From contig JAZNYH010000079.1 of NCBI GenBank assembly GCA_045594305.1, positions 171 through 64,170 of the forward strand: DNA of 64,000 nt, read 5' to 3'. The translations under genes and the position numbers were made by a program. This document shows positions 19,496-29,160 of the stretch, one piece after another; the stretch's first letter is position 1; every line of letters begins with the position of its first letter. The notes below the pieces were generated by a model. It had not been told where the DNA came from. It ran no database searches and was given only the letters and a program-made list of their open reading frames with translations. This DNA comes from Eubacteriales bacterium (GTDB lineage: Bacteria > Bacillota > Clostridia > Oscillospirales > CAG-272).

Positions 19496-20605
19496 TTAAG
19501 CGTTTGAGGGCGTCTTTTTTCTTATTGGAGCAAGCTTTGCTCTGTCGAGTATTCCTATGCTTGGTTCCTTCAAATCAAGCATTTTTAAAAGCTCTTCAAG
19601 AGAAATAAACTCGATGTTCTTTTCTCCTAAGTCTACGCAACGCTTTGCTTTATTATAGCGATAGCACTCATAATTTTCACCTTGCTTATTTACAAGCGAA
19701 TGAGTTACAAAAATATCGCATTTGTAGGGCTTTCTTGTGTAAATAGCACCTTGCTTTGCAAGCTCTGACACAATATTCATCATTTCAGCAAAGTGGAATT
19801 CCTCGTAAAGGTTGCTTATGCATACCTTTTTTCCTGAAAGAGGGGATATAGAGGAGAAGTTGACTGATACAGATGAAGCATAGCTTGAAAAAATTTCATA
19901 ATTCGAGCCATTGGAATACATCCAATTGGAACGCTTGCTATTAGTGAGCTTTTCCATCTTTGAAAGCTTATTAGCCTTTTGAATAGCCTTAAAATGATTA
20001 TATTCATTATCAAGGGCGCTATCCTTGCACCAGCATTTACAATTTGGGAATTTTTCTATTAGTTCCTTGGCACTTAGCTTTAACTGCTCGCACATTCCCT
20101 TCATAACTCTCATTGTAAAATAAGCGTCATCATCGCTTTTGTGAACCTCTTGGGAGTCTGTAACTCCGTATTCAGAGGCACATTTTATGAGAGAAGGAGT
20201 GTTTTGTAGCTCGTGCATATCGGTATAAATTCTTTGAACATCTATAAAATCATATTCAAAGATTGGCTTATGATACCGTTCGCATTCGCTTTTTATGTAA
20301 TTTGCATCTGACATAACAGAGAAGCCGAACACTAAGTTGTTTTTATCCTGCAAGAGGTTTCGTATTCTATCATAGTATATCGGGAATATTGGCGAGGACT
20401 TGAACTTTTGCTCATCATATGCCAAAACAATACCAGGATGATTTCCGTGACCTGCAAGATGGAACTTAGAGTGAGGATTTATAACAATATCCTTTTTTTC
20501 TAAGACCTTAAAGCGTTCGTTAGTTATAACATAGCCAAAGGAACAAATTTTTCCTCGTCCTTGAAAGCAGTTGGCGCATTCAATATCGAAAAAAACGTAG
20601 TTCAT
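19496..20605 (-). CDS. DEDDh 3'-5' exonuclease with C-terminal BRCT-like domain
   Basis: Exo I FFDIECAN, Exo II VMSDANY, Exo III HKSDDDAY; C-terminal GKKVCISN...CDIFVTHSL. Confidence 0.65.
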   Translation of the reverse strand: MNYVFFDIECANCFQGRGKICSFGYVITNERFKVLEKKDIVINPHSKFHLAGHGNHPGIVLAYDEQKFKSSPIFPIYYDRIRNLLQDKNNLVFGFSVMSDANYIKSECERYHKPIFEYDFIDVQRIYTDMHELQNTPSLIKCASEYGVTDSQEVHKSDDDAYFTMRVMKGMCEQLKLSAKELIEKFPNCKCWCKDSALDNEYNHFKAIQKANKLSKMEKLTNSKRSNWMYSNGSNYEIFSSYASSVSVNFSSISPLSGKKVCISNLYEEFHFAEMMNIVSELAKQGAIYTRKPYKCDIFVTHSLVNKQGENYECYRYNKAKRCVDLGEKNIEFISLEELLKMLDLKEPSIGILDRAKLAPIRKKTPSNA

Positions 20606-20624
20606 TTGTGTTCCTTACTTAAAA

Positions 20625-21224
20625 TTAAATATCTCGTCTTCCTTGAATTGCACGATAGAGAGTAACCTCATCGGCATATTCGAGATCAGCACCAACAGGA
20701 AGACCGTTGGCAATCCTTGTAACCTTTATTTCAAAGGGCTTTAATAGCCTTGAAAGGTACATAGCAGTAGCCTCGCCCTCAACAGTAGGGTTTGTGGCAA
20801 TAATAATTTCCTTGATGCTTTCCTTCTCAATGCGAGAAAGAAGCTCTTTTATTTTTAATTGATCAGGACCAATACCCTTCATAGGAGAAATTGTACCATG
20901 TAAAACATGGTAAAGTCCGTTAAATTCCTTTACCTTTTCAAGAGCCATAACTCCACGAGCATCCTCAACGACACACACAACAGAGCGATCTCTTGCCTCT
21001 GAGGAGCAGATAGAGCAGATTTTTCCCTCGGAAATGTTTTGACAGCATTCGCACACGCCAAGCTTGGTTTTTGCTGAAATAATAGCCTCAGCAAACGCCT
21101 TAGCCTCATCCTCGCTCATGTTGAGAACAGAAAAAGCCATTTTAATAGCGCTTTTTTTACCAACTCCATCTAAGGAACGGAATTTATCCGCAAGATCCTG
21201 CAAGGGTTTTATAAGAAGCTCCAT
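20625..21224 (-). CDS. recR: Recombination protein RecR
   Basis: HhH (LPGVGKKSA-like DGVGKKSA), C4 zinc finger CECCQN..CSIC, Toprim domain. Confidence 0.95.
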   Translation of the reverse strand: MELLIKPLQDLADKFRSLDGVGKKSAIKMAFSVLNMSEDEAKAFAEAIISAKTKLGVCECCQNISEGKICSICSSEARDRSVVCVVEDARGVMALEKVKEFNGLYHVLHGTISPMKGIGPDQLKIKELLSRIEKESIKEIIIATNPTVEGEATAMYLSRLLKPFEIKVTRIANGLPVGADLEYADEVTLYRAIQGRRDI

Positions 21225-21559
21225 TAGAACATACCTGGGATGCCACCGAGAGGACCTGTAACCTTTTGCATTTCCTCATCAGCATCTGAGTTTACCTTTT
21301 TGATAGCCTCGTTTACACCAGCAACAATAATGTCGCTTAGAGTTTCAATATCATCAGGATCTACAATTTCAGGAGCAATGTCAATAGAAAGAATTTCACG
21401 CTTACCATTGATCTTTATTTTCAAAACTCCACCACCTGCGGAAACCTCGTATTCCTTTGCCTCGAGCTCTGCCTGCTTTGCCTGCATATCCTCTTGCATT
21501 TTTTGTGCTTGTCTAAGCATTTCGTTCATGCTTGGACCCTTTGGAACCATTGCTTTCAT
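21224..21559 (-). CDS. ybaB: Nucleoid-associated protein YbaB/EbfC
   Basis: MNEMLRQAQKMQEDMQAKQAELE..; dnaX-ybaB-recR synteny. Confidence 0.92.
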   Translation of the reverse strand: MKAMVPKGPSMNEMLRQAQKMQEDMQAKQAELEAKEYEVSAGGGVLKIKINGKREILSIDIAPEIVDPDDIETLSDIIVAGVNEAIKKVNSDADEEMQKVTGPLGGIPGMF

Positions 21560-21574
21560 AATTATACCACCTTA

Positions 21575-23131
21575 TTATATAAAATCATCAAGGTCAGATT
21601 TTTCTGCCTTATCAGTTTTTAAGCTTATGATTATTTGTGCTGGCGAAGAAATATCGACATCACAGCAAACCATTGCATCAAAAATATATTTTTTGTTTTT
21701 CTCGCCTCCAAGAAGAGTAGCCATTAGCTGATTTTTGGAAACGATATAGTATTTATTGTCATTTGGAGAGAAATAACATTCGCAGTTTTTGAGAAAGCTT
21801 TCGATAGCGTGGTCGAAATCTCCAACCTTTGCAATAATCTCATCCCAATTGTCAAGCGAAGGATTTTTCTTGTCTGTGCTTGGCTTGTCCTCGTCCTCGA
21901 CAGCTACAAAAGTAGGAGGATTTACCTTAATGCCATCCTTAGGAGGCTGTGGTGTCTCAGCAGATGTTGGGACAATTCCCTTAGACATAAGCGTAACCTT
22001 ATCCTCTAATGAGGATAATCTGGACAAAATAGCGTCGTTTGAGGTGCTTAGCTTAGCGTCGCACATCTTCATAAGCGTCATTTCAGCACAAAGACGCTTG
22101 TTTGTTGGGTTTCTTAGCATATTGTTATATGCCTCGTCAAGAAGCTTCGAATGATAGAGCAGGGTTGGCATTTGGAAAAGAGATGCCGTTTGCTCAAGCA
22201 TAGCATATTCCTGTGGAACAAGATCAAGATAGGTAGCGGCTCCACATGAGAGCTGAACCATCATATCTCTATAAAAAGAAGTGAGATCAGCGAAGAAAAC
22301 CAAAACATCCTTTGATGAAACGACAATTTCATTAATGGTATCAAAAAGCTTTGCGTAATTGCGCTCAGCAATATTTTTCGCAACCTCGCACATTTTATCA
22401 TAGGAGCTTGTACCGAGAATTTCGTTTACCAAAGCACCGTCAATAAGCTTGTGAGAGCCTGCGCAAAGCTCCATAAGGCTAATAGCGTCACGCATACCAC
22501 CCTGAGCGGTCTTTGCTATTAGCTGAGCACCCTCATCATTAATTTCGATACCCTCGCTTTCAGCGATAAACATAAGCCTTTTTGAAAGCTCCTTGTTAGC
22601 TATTCTTCTAAAATCGAAGCGTTGGCATCTTGAAATAATAGTGGCGGGGATTTTATGTGGCTCAGTAGTAGCGAATATATACAAAACATGCTCTGGTGGC
22701 TCCTCAATGGTCTTTAAAAGAGCATTAAAGGCACTGTCGGAGAGCATATGAGCCTCGTCGATTATGTATACACGCTTTTTGAGCATAGCAGGAGTATAAA
22801 CAACGCTATCTCTCAAATCTCTAATATAATCAACGCCTGTATTGGTAGCAGCGTCCATTTCGATAACATCAGTTGCTGTACCTTGATCAATAGCACGACA
22901 GTTTTCGCACTCGTTACAGGGGTTGCCGTCAATTGGATTAAGACAGTTAACTACCTTTGCAAGGATTTTGGCACAGGTTGTCTTACCAGTTCCACGAGAA
23001 CCAGCAAAAAGATAGGCGTGTGACACAGAATTGTGCAAAGCCTCGTGTTTCAAAATAGAAGTGATGTGCTCCTGACCGGAAACATCTGCAAAAACCGTTG
23101 GACGGTATTTTCTATATAAAGCCTGATGCAT
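21575..23131 (-). CDS. dnaX: DNA polymerase III subunits gamma/tau
   Basis: MHQALYRKYRPTVFADV.., Walker A GSRGTGKTT, zinc module CNECENC. AGGAGGAT SD before ATG 23131; the ORF-track extension to 23191 lies inside the SRP RNA. Confidence 0.93.
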   Translation of the reverse strand: MHQALYRKYRPTVFADVSGQEHITSILKHEALHNSVSHAYLFAGSRGTGKTTCAKILAKVVNCLNPIDGNPCNECENCRAIDQGTATDVIEMDAATNTGVDYIRDLRDSVVYTPAMLKKRVYIIDEAHMLSDSAFNALLKTIEEPPEHVLYIFATTEPHKIPATIISRCQRFDFRRIANKELSKRLMFIAESEGIEINDEGAQLIAKTAQGGMRDAISLMELCAGSHKLIDGALVNEILGTSSYDKMCEVAKNIAERNYAKLFDTINEIVVSSKDVLVFFADLTSFYRDMMVQLSCGAATYLDLVPQEYAMLEQTASLFQMPTLLYHSKLLDEAYNNMLRNPTNKRLCAEMTLMKMCDAKLSTSNDAILSRLSSLEDKVTLMSKGIVPTSAETPQPPKDGIKVNPPTFVAVEDEDKPSTDKKNPSLDNWDEIIAKVGDFDHAIESFLKNCECYFSPNDNKYYIVSKNQLMATLLGGEKNKKYIFDAMVCCDVDISSPAQIIISLKTDKAEKSDLDDFI

Positions 23132-23170
23132 TTTATCCTCCTTAAAATAGTGGTTAGTCTTTAACAAAGA

Positions 23171-23472
23171 CAAGGTGTCATGTAAGATCATACATCTAAA
23201 ATTCGAAAAGCCCTTATGCGCGCAAACCTAAAACAAATGCTCAGAACAAGCACCCTCACGGCACATCCTCAAAACTGCTTAGTGCTGCTTGGTCCCCCAT
23301 CTGACACGGTTCACAGCCGAAAATTGCGCAAGACTCATCCGTCAACACACCCATAATAGGCGCTGACCGCACAAAAACAGTCCTCAAATTAGCGTTCACC
23401 CCTGCGTATAGCGGATTTCAGGTACAGGGTACCGCTACCACCCCAGCTAGTATGACCTTGCATCACACCTTG
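23171..23472 (-). ncRNA. ffs: Signal recognition particle RNA, long Bacillus-type (Alu + S domain); ends approximate
   Basis: Minus strand reads GGUAGCGGUACCCUGUACCUGAAAUCCGCU (Alu domain) and GUGUCAGAUGGGGGACCAAGCAGCA (domain IV-like). The 5' CAAGGUGUGAUGCAAGGUCAUAC pairs with the 3' GUAUGAUCUUACAUGACACCUUG. GC-rich island upstream of dnaX, as in Firmicutes. Confidence 0.85.
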
Positions 23473-23514
23473 TTTTTGGCGTATTATTAATTATATATGC
23501 GTATACGCTTTATT

Positions 23515-23543
23515 AGTATAACACACTCATTAAATAAAGTCAA
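23515..23543 (-). promoter_or_regulatory. Sigma-A promoter for SRP RNA
   Basis: Minus strand TTGACT-17nt-TATACT with TGt extended -10. Confidence 0.6.
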
Positions 23544-23586
23544 GGCAAGATTTGATTTTTCTTGCCTTAATTTTTATGCGTGATTT

Positions 23587-24816
23587 TTAAAATTCGGTTT
23601 CTATTTTTAAAAGTCGGTTATATTTTGTAACACGCTCAGCTCTACACGGCGCACCAGCCTTTATAAATTCCGTTCCACAGCCAACTCCGATGTCAGCAAT
23701 AGAGGTGTCAACGGTTTCGCCAGAGCGGTGAGAGATGATGGTATAATAGCCCTTTTCCTTTGCAAGCTTTATAACATTCATAGTTTCGCTAAGAGTTCCG
23801 ATTTGATTGGGCTTTACCAAAATTGCATTTCCAAGTCCATTGTCAATACCATGCTTTAAACGCTTTTCGTTTGTTACAAATAGGTCATCACCCACGAGAA
23901 TACATTTTTTTGAAAGCTCGGGAGTTGCTATCTGCCAGCTTTTGTAATCATCCTCTCCAAAAGGATCCTCGATTGATAAAATAGGGTATTTTGATGCAAG
24001 GGAGCTCCACTTGGAAATTAATTCCTCTGAGGATAGCTCCTTGCTTGCCTTTGGTAAGAAATACTTGCCGTTTTTTGCCCATTCGCTTGATGCAATATCA
24101 AGCGATATTTTCACCTCGTCAGTAGAGTAGCCTGCAATTTGAATAGCAGAGATTATAAGCTCGATTGCTTCCTCCTCGCTTTTAAGGTCGGGAGCAAAGC
24201 CACCCTCATCTCCTACTGCAACAGAGAGGGAGCGAGAGGTAAGAAGTCTTTTAAGAGATGAGTAAATTTCGCATCCTGCCCTCAAAGCCTCGCTAAAATG
24301 GTCAAAGCCGACGGGCACTATCATAAACTCTTGAATATCAAGGTTGTTTGAGGCGTGAGCTCCGCCGTTTAAAATGTTCATCATAGGAGCAGGTATTCTG
24401 CGAGCCCTCTCGCCACCCAAATACTTGTATAGTGGTAGCTTGTAGTAGCCTGCGCATGCCTTCGCAGTTGCTAAGGATACAGCAAGAGTAGCGTTTGCAC
24501 CGAGAACGCTTTTGTTTTCAGTACCATCAAGCTGAAGCATTATCTTATCAGCCAATCTAAAATCAGCATCAATGCCACTAAGCTCAGGTGCGATTATATT
24601 GTTGACATTTGAAACTGCCTTTAAAACCCCCTTGCCACAAAAGCGATTGCCACCGTCACGAAGCTCAACAGCCTCGTATTTTCCAGTTGATGCACCCGAT
24701 GGGACCGATGCGACGCCATAGCTTCCATCGCTTAATGTGACCATAGCCTCAAGCGTGGGATTTCCTCTTGAATCAATGATTTCTCGTGCCTTTATTTGAC
24801 ATATTTTTAAAAACAT
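23587..24816 (-). CDS. eno: Enolase
   Basis: SRGNPTLEA, GDEGGFAP, SIEDPF, GDDLFVTN, KPNQIGT and SHRSGET all present; start trimmed to MFLKICQIKAREIIDSRG. Confidence 0.93.
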   Translation of the reverse strand: MFLKICQIKAREIIDSRGNPTLEAMVTLSDGSYGVASVPSGASTGKYEAVELRDGGNRFCGKGVLKAVSNVNNIIAPELSGIDADFRLADKIMLQLDGTENKSVLGANATLAVSLATAKACAGYYKLPLYKYLGGERARRIPAPMMNILNGGAHASNNLDIQEFMIVPVGFDHFSEALRAGCEIYSSLKRLLTSRSLSVAVGDEGGFAPDLKSEEEAIELIISAIQIAGYSTDEVKISLDIASSEWAKNGKYFLPKASKELSSEELISKWSSLASKYPILSIEDPFGEDDYKSWQIATPELSKKCILVGDDLFVTNEKRLKHGIDNGLGNAILVKPNQIGTLSETMNVIKLAKEKGYYTIISHRSGETVDTSIADIGVGCGTEFIKAGAPCRAERVTKYNRLLKIETEF

Positions 24817-24986
24817 AATATCCCCCAAAAAGTGATTTTTATATATTGTTTTCAAAATTCAAAAAAATATGTAAAAGTCAATTGATTAAAGGGGATATTG
24901 TGACAAATACAATTAATGGAATTTTTAATCATAAAAATATATAATTTATAAATTCAAAAATTCAATAAAATAAAAATTCAAGCAAC

Positions 24987-25015
24987 AAAAAAATCGAGCT
25001 TTCGCTCGATTTTTT
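24987..25015 (-). terminator. Terminator after the AI-2E transporter gene
   Basis: AAAAAAATCGAGC-tttc-GCTCGATTTTTT. Confidence 0.75.
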
Positions 25016-25019
25016 AGGT

Positions 25020-26525
25020 TTATTTTTTATCATCAGAGGAGTCGCCAGATGAAGCCCCGTCTGTAACAGGTACAGGAATTTCTGATGTGCTTACATATGC
25101 CTCATCGGGGGAAGAATCAGCATCGATTAAAACCTGTTCCTTTTCGTTAATAATACGCTCTTGTGCCTCGTGAATACCAATTTGGTGAAGCTCGAGGTCC
25201 TCTTTTGCCTTTTCGATAGCTTCCTTGGTTTCGATTCTTGATTGAGCCTCAACAGCGAAGGACGCTTGGATAAATTCCTCGTTATTGAAGATGTCTGGCT
25301 TGCTGTAAAGCTCCGTATCTGACGGCAGATTTTTCTTTTTCAGCTTTCTGTTTATCATATTGGTAAAGAAATAGGTGAGAACCGCACAAAGTGGAACTCC
25401 TATGAGCATACCAAGAAATCCGAAGAAGTGAGAGCAGATTGTAACTGCAGCGATAACTCCGATTGGAGTAAGACCGATTGATGCACCAATGATATGTGGT
25501 GCGAAAATATTTCCGTCGAGCTGTTGAACAACTATAATAAGAACAACAAACGCAAGTACCTTCCAAAATGCCTCATTGAGAGGTCCGCTTGAAATCAAAA
25601 TAATAAGAGCGGAGGGAATTGCACCAATAAAAGGACCAAAGAATGGTATTACATTAGTACAGCCGACAATAACTCCAATGAGCACGGCATAATCGGTTAT
25701 TTTGAATATTGCAAGCAAAATTCCAACAACCAAGCCAACAATCATAGAGTCACAAATCGTTCCTATTAGGTATCTACCAAAGGTTTTGTCGGTATATTTA
25801 GCAAATTCGATAACCTTTTCGTAGGTTTCCTTCTTAAACATAGCACAAATGCCTTTTTTAAGTCTTGCACCAATGTTTTCAGCGTGAATAAGGAAATAAA
25901 CTGAAAGGATAATACCAACTACAATAGCAAATACTTGGTCGATAAGAGCCTTTGCAAAGTTCAAAATAAAGTTGAACGAGAAGTTAGTAGCCTGACCAAG
26001 GAATGATTGAATTTCAGGATTGAAGTTGCCCTTTTCATCAAATATAAATGCATAAACAGAGTCCAAAACCTGTTGAGAATCGAGGTTGGGGAAGTAGTTA
26101 TTTAGCCATTCGATGACGGAATTAAACCAAGTGGTTATATTTTCTGTGGTAATGTTTGACAAAAGAGCAGATACGCTTTCGATAATTGAAGGCATGATCG
26201 CAAACAAAAGCACAGTAATAATAGAGAAGAAGATTACATAGGTGAGAACTAACGACAAAATTTTTCTTAGCTTAGGTCTTGGCTTGCCCTTTTCAACAAA
26301 TTTAAATGCGTATTTGTGAAGCTTTTCATATAGCGGATGGCATATGTAAGCTATTACAAATCCATATATAAATGCTGAAATAGCGCCGAAGAACGCACGA
26401 ATTGCCAAATTAATCTTGCCAAGGTTGATAAACACGAAGATAAGTGCTATCAAAAGTGCAATAACAACGAAGGCATAAAGAGCAATTGTGAAGTATTTGT
26501 CGTTCTTTTTAAAGTTTTTGAACAT
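25020..26525 (-). CDS. AI-2E/PerM family transporter with acidic C-terminal tail
   Basis: Multi-TM protein with VIPFFGPFIGAIP motif typical of UPF0118/AI-2E. Confidence 0.75.
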   Translation of the reverse strand: MFKNFKKNDKYFTIALYAFVVIALLIALIFVFINLGKINLAIRAFFGAISAFIYGFVIAYICHPLYEKLHKYAFKFVEKGKPRPKLRKILSLVLTYVIFFSIITVLLFAIMPSIIESVSALLSNITTENITTWFNSVIEWLNNYFPNLDSQQVLDSVYAFIFDEKGNFNPEIQSFLGQATNFSFNFILNFAKALIDQVFAIVVGIILSVYFLIHAENIGARLKKGICAMFKKETYEKVIEFAKYTDKTFGRYLIGTICDSMIVGLVVGILLAIFKITDYAVLIGVIVGCTNVIPFFGPFIGAIPSALIILISSGPLNEAFWKVLAFVVLIIVVQQLDGNIFAPHIIGASIGLTPIGVIAAVTICSHFFGFLGMLIGVPLCAVLTYFFTNMINRKLKKKNLPSDTELYSKPDIFNNEEFIQASFAVEAQSRIETKEAIEKAKEDLELHQIGIHEAQERIINEKEQVLIDADSSPDEAYVSTSEIPVPVTDGASSGDSSDDKK

Positions 26526-26655
26526 CGGCGTACTCCATAAAAATTATTTTTCAATAATATTCTATACTATTTTAAAAAACAAGTCAATAGAAAAAATTAT
26601 TTTTTCACAAGATTTTCTCTTAATTTTCAGATAGATTTTGAAATACCTAAATTTA

Positions 26656-26689
26656 AAATAAAAAACCGGGCGAAATCTCGCCCGATTTT
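26656..26689 (-). terminator. guaB terminator
   Basis: Minus strand: AAAATCGGGCGA-gatt-TCGCCCGGTTTTTTATTTT. Confidence 0.8.
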
Positions 26690-26692
26690 GAA

Positions 26693-28171
<1,479 letters not shown>

Positions 28172-28231
28172 TTAAAATTCCTCCGTGTATCCCTCTGAAA
28201 AGAGTAGAAAATATTAATAAATATTTTTTCT

Positions 28232-28260
28232 ATTATAAATCTAAAATGCAGATTTGTCAA
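28232..28260 (-). promoter_or_regulatory. Consensus sigma-A promoter of guaB
   Basis: Minus strand reads TTGACA-17nt-TATAAT exactly (28260..28255 and 28237..28232). Confidence 0.7.
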
Positions 28261-28285
28261 CAAAAATCTTTAAAAAAATGTAAAA

Positions 28286-29158
28286 TCAAATTGTTTTAGT
28301 TAAAAAAGCAGTGAAATCGGCATTTACAAGACTTACATAAGCATTAAGACACGCTTCCTCGTTCTCGAAAATCCCAAAAATCGAGGGACCACTTCCACTC
28401 ATTAGTGCACCGAGAGCACCGTTATCAAGAAGAATTTTCTTGATTTGTTGTGTATTAGGCAGAGCTGGTAGAATAACGCTTTCAAATTTATTGTATAGCT
28501 TTGAACAGATTTCAGTGGGAGAACCATTTTCTACACTTGCCAAAAACTCCTCAATATTCGAGCTGTCCGTACAATTTGTACCAAATTTTTCATCAAGCAT
28601 TGCAAAAGCCTGAGGAGTAGAAACGCTTGAAGAATCAATGGCACAAACTACATATAAGCCCGCAAGGCTTTTTATAGGAGTTAGGATTTCGCCAACACCC
28701 TCGCAAAGACAAGTTCCACCGTGAATGCAAAAAGCAACATCAGCACCAAGCCTTGCTCCAAGCTCACAAAGGCGTTCAATAGGTAGCATATCATCAAAAT
28801 ATTGATTTAAAAGCAAGAGCGTGGCAGCGGCGTCAGTGCTACCACCAGCCATTCCTGCACAAACGGGAATTATCTTTTCTACATAAATAGTAAAGGTATA
28901 GCCGGTAATACCTGTTTCCTGCAAAAATAGCTCACATGCTCTGTAAACAAGGTTTTTCTTATCCCATTTGATTTCATTAGATGAGCCAGATAGCTTTATC
29001 TTGTTTTTCTTCGATTTTTCTACTACCATTGTGATTTCATCGCAAAGAGAAACAGTCTGCATAACTGATTTGATATTATGGTAGCCATTTTCTCTTTTTG
29101 ATAAAACATCAAGATAAAGATTTATCTTGGCAGGAGCAGAGATAGAATATTTAGTCAT
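28286..29158 (-). CDS. ispE: 4-diphosphocytidyl-2-C-methyl-D-erythritol kinase
   Basis: APAKINLYLDV N-terminus and GHMP motif PVCAGMAGGSTDAA. Confidence 0.92.
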   Translation of the reverse strand: MTKYSISAPAKINLYLDVLSKRENGYHNIKSVMQTVSLCDEITMVVEKSKKNKIKLSGSSNEIKWDKKNLVYRACELFLQETGITGYTFTIYVEKIIPVCAGMAGGSTDAAATLLLLNQYFDDMLPIERLCELGARLGADVAFCIHGGTCLCEGVGEILTPIKSLAGLYVVCAIDSSSVSTPQAFAMLDEKFGTNCTDSSNIEEFLASVENGSPTEICSKLYNKFESVILPALPNTQQIKKILLDNGALGALMSGSGPSIFGIFENEEACLNAYVSLVNADFTAFLTKTI

Positions 29159-29160
29159 AA

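Noticed and set aside
23587-24855. Enolase away from the glycolytic operon and slightly short: a possible pseudo-enolase.
   Set aside because: All metal-binding and catalytic motifs are intact (GDEGGFAP, SIEDPF, GDDLFVTN, KPNQIGT, SHRSGET). The apparent N-terminal extension is an ORF-calling artefact.
24855-24983. Recurrent AAATTCAAAAAT-like words in several spacers (also near 9911, 34251, 52750 and 55711).
   Set aside because: These are short A/T-only words in very AT-rich spacers. They have no fixed distance to promoters or starts and cannot be distinguished from compositional chance without statistics.
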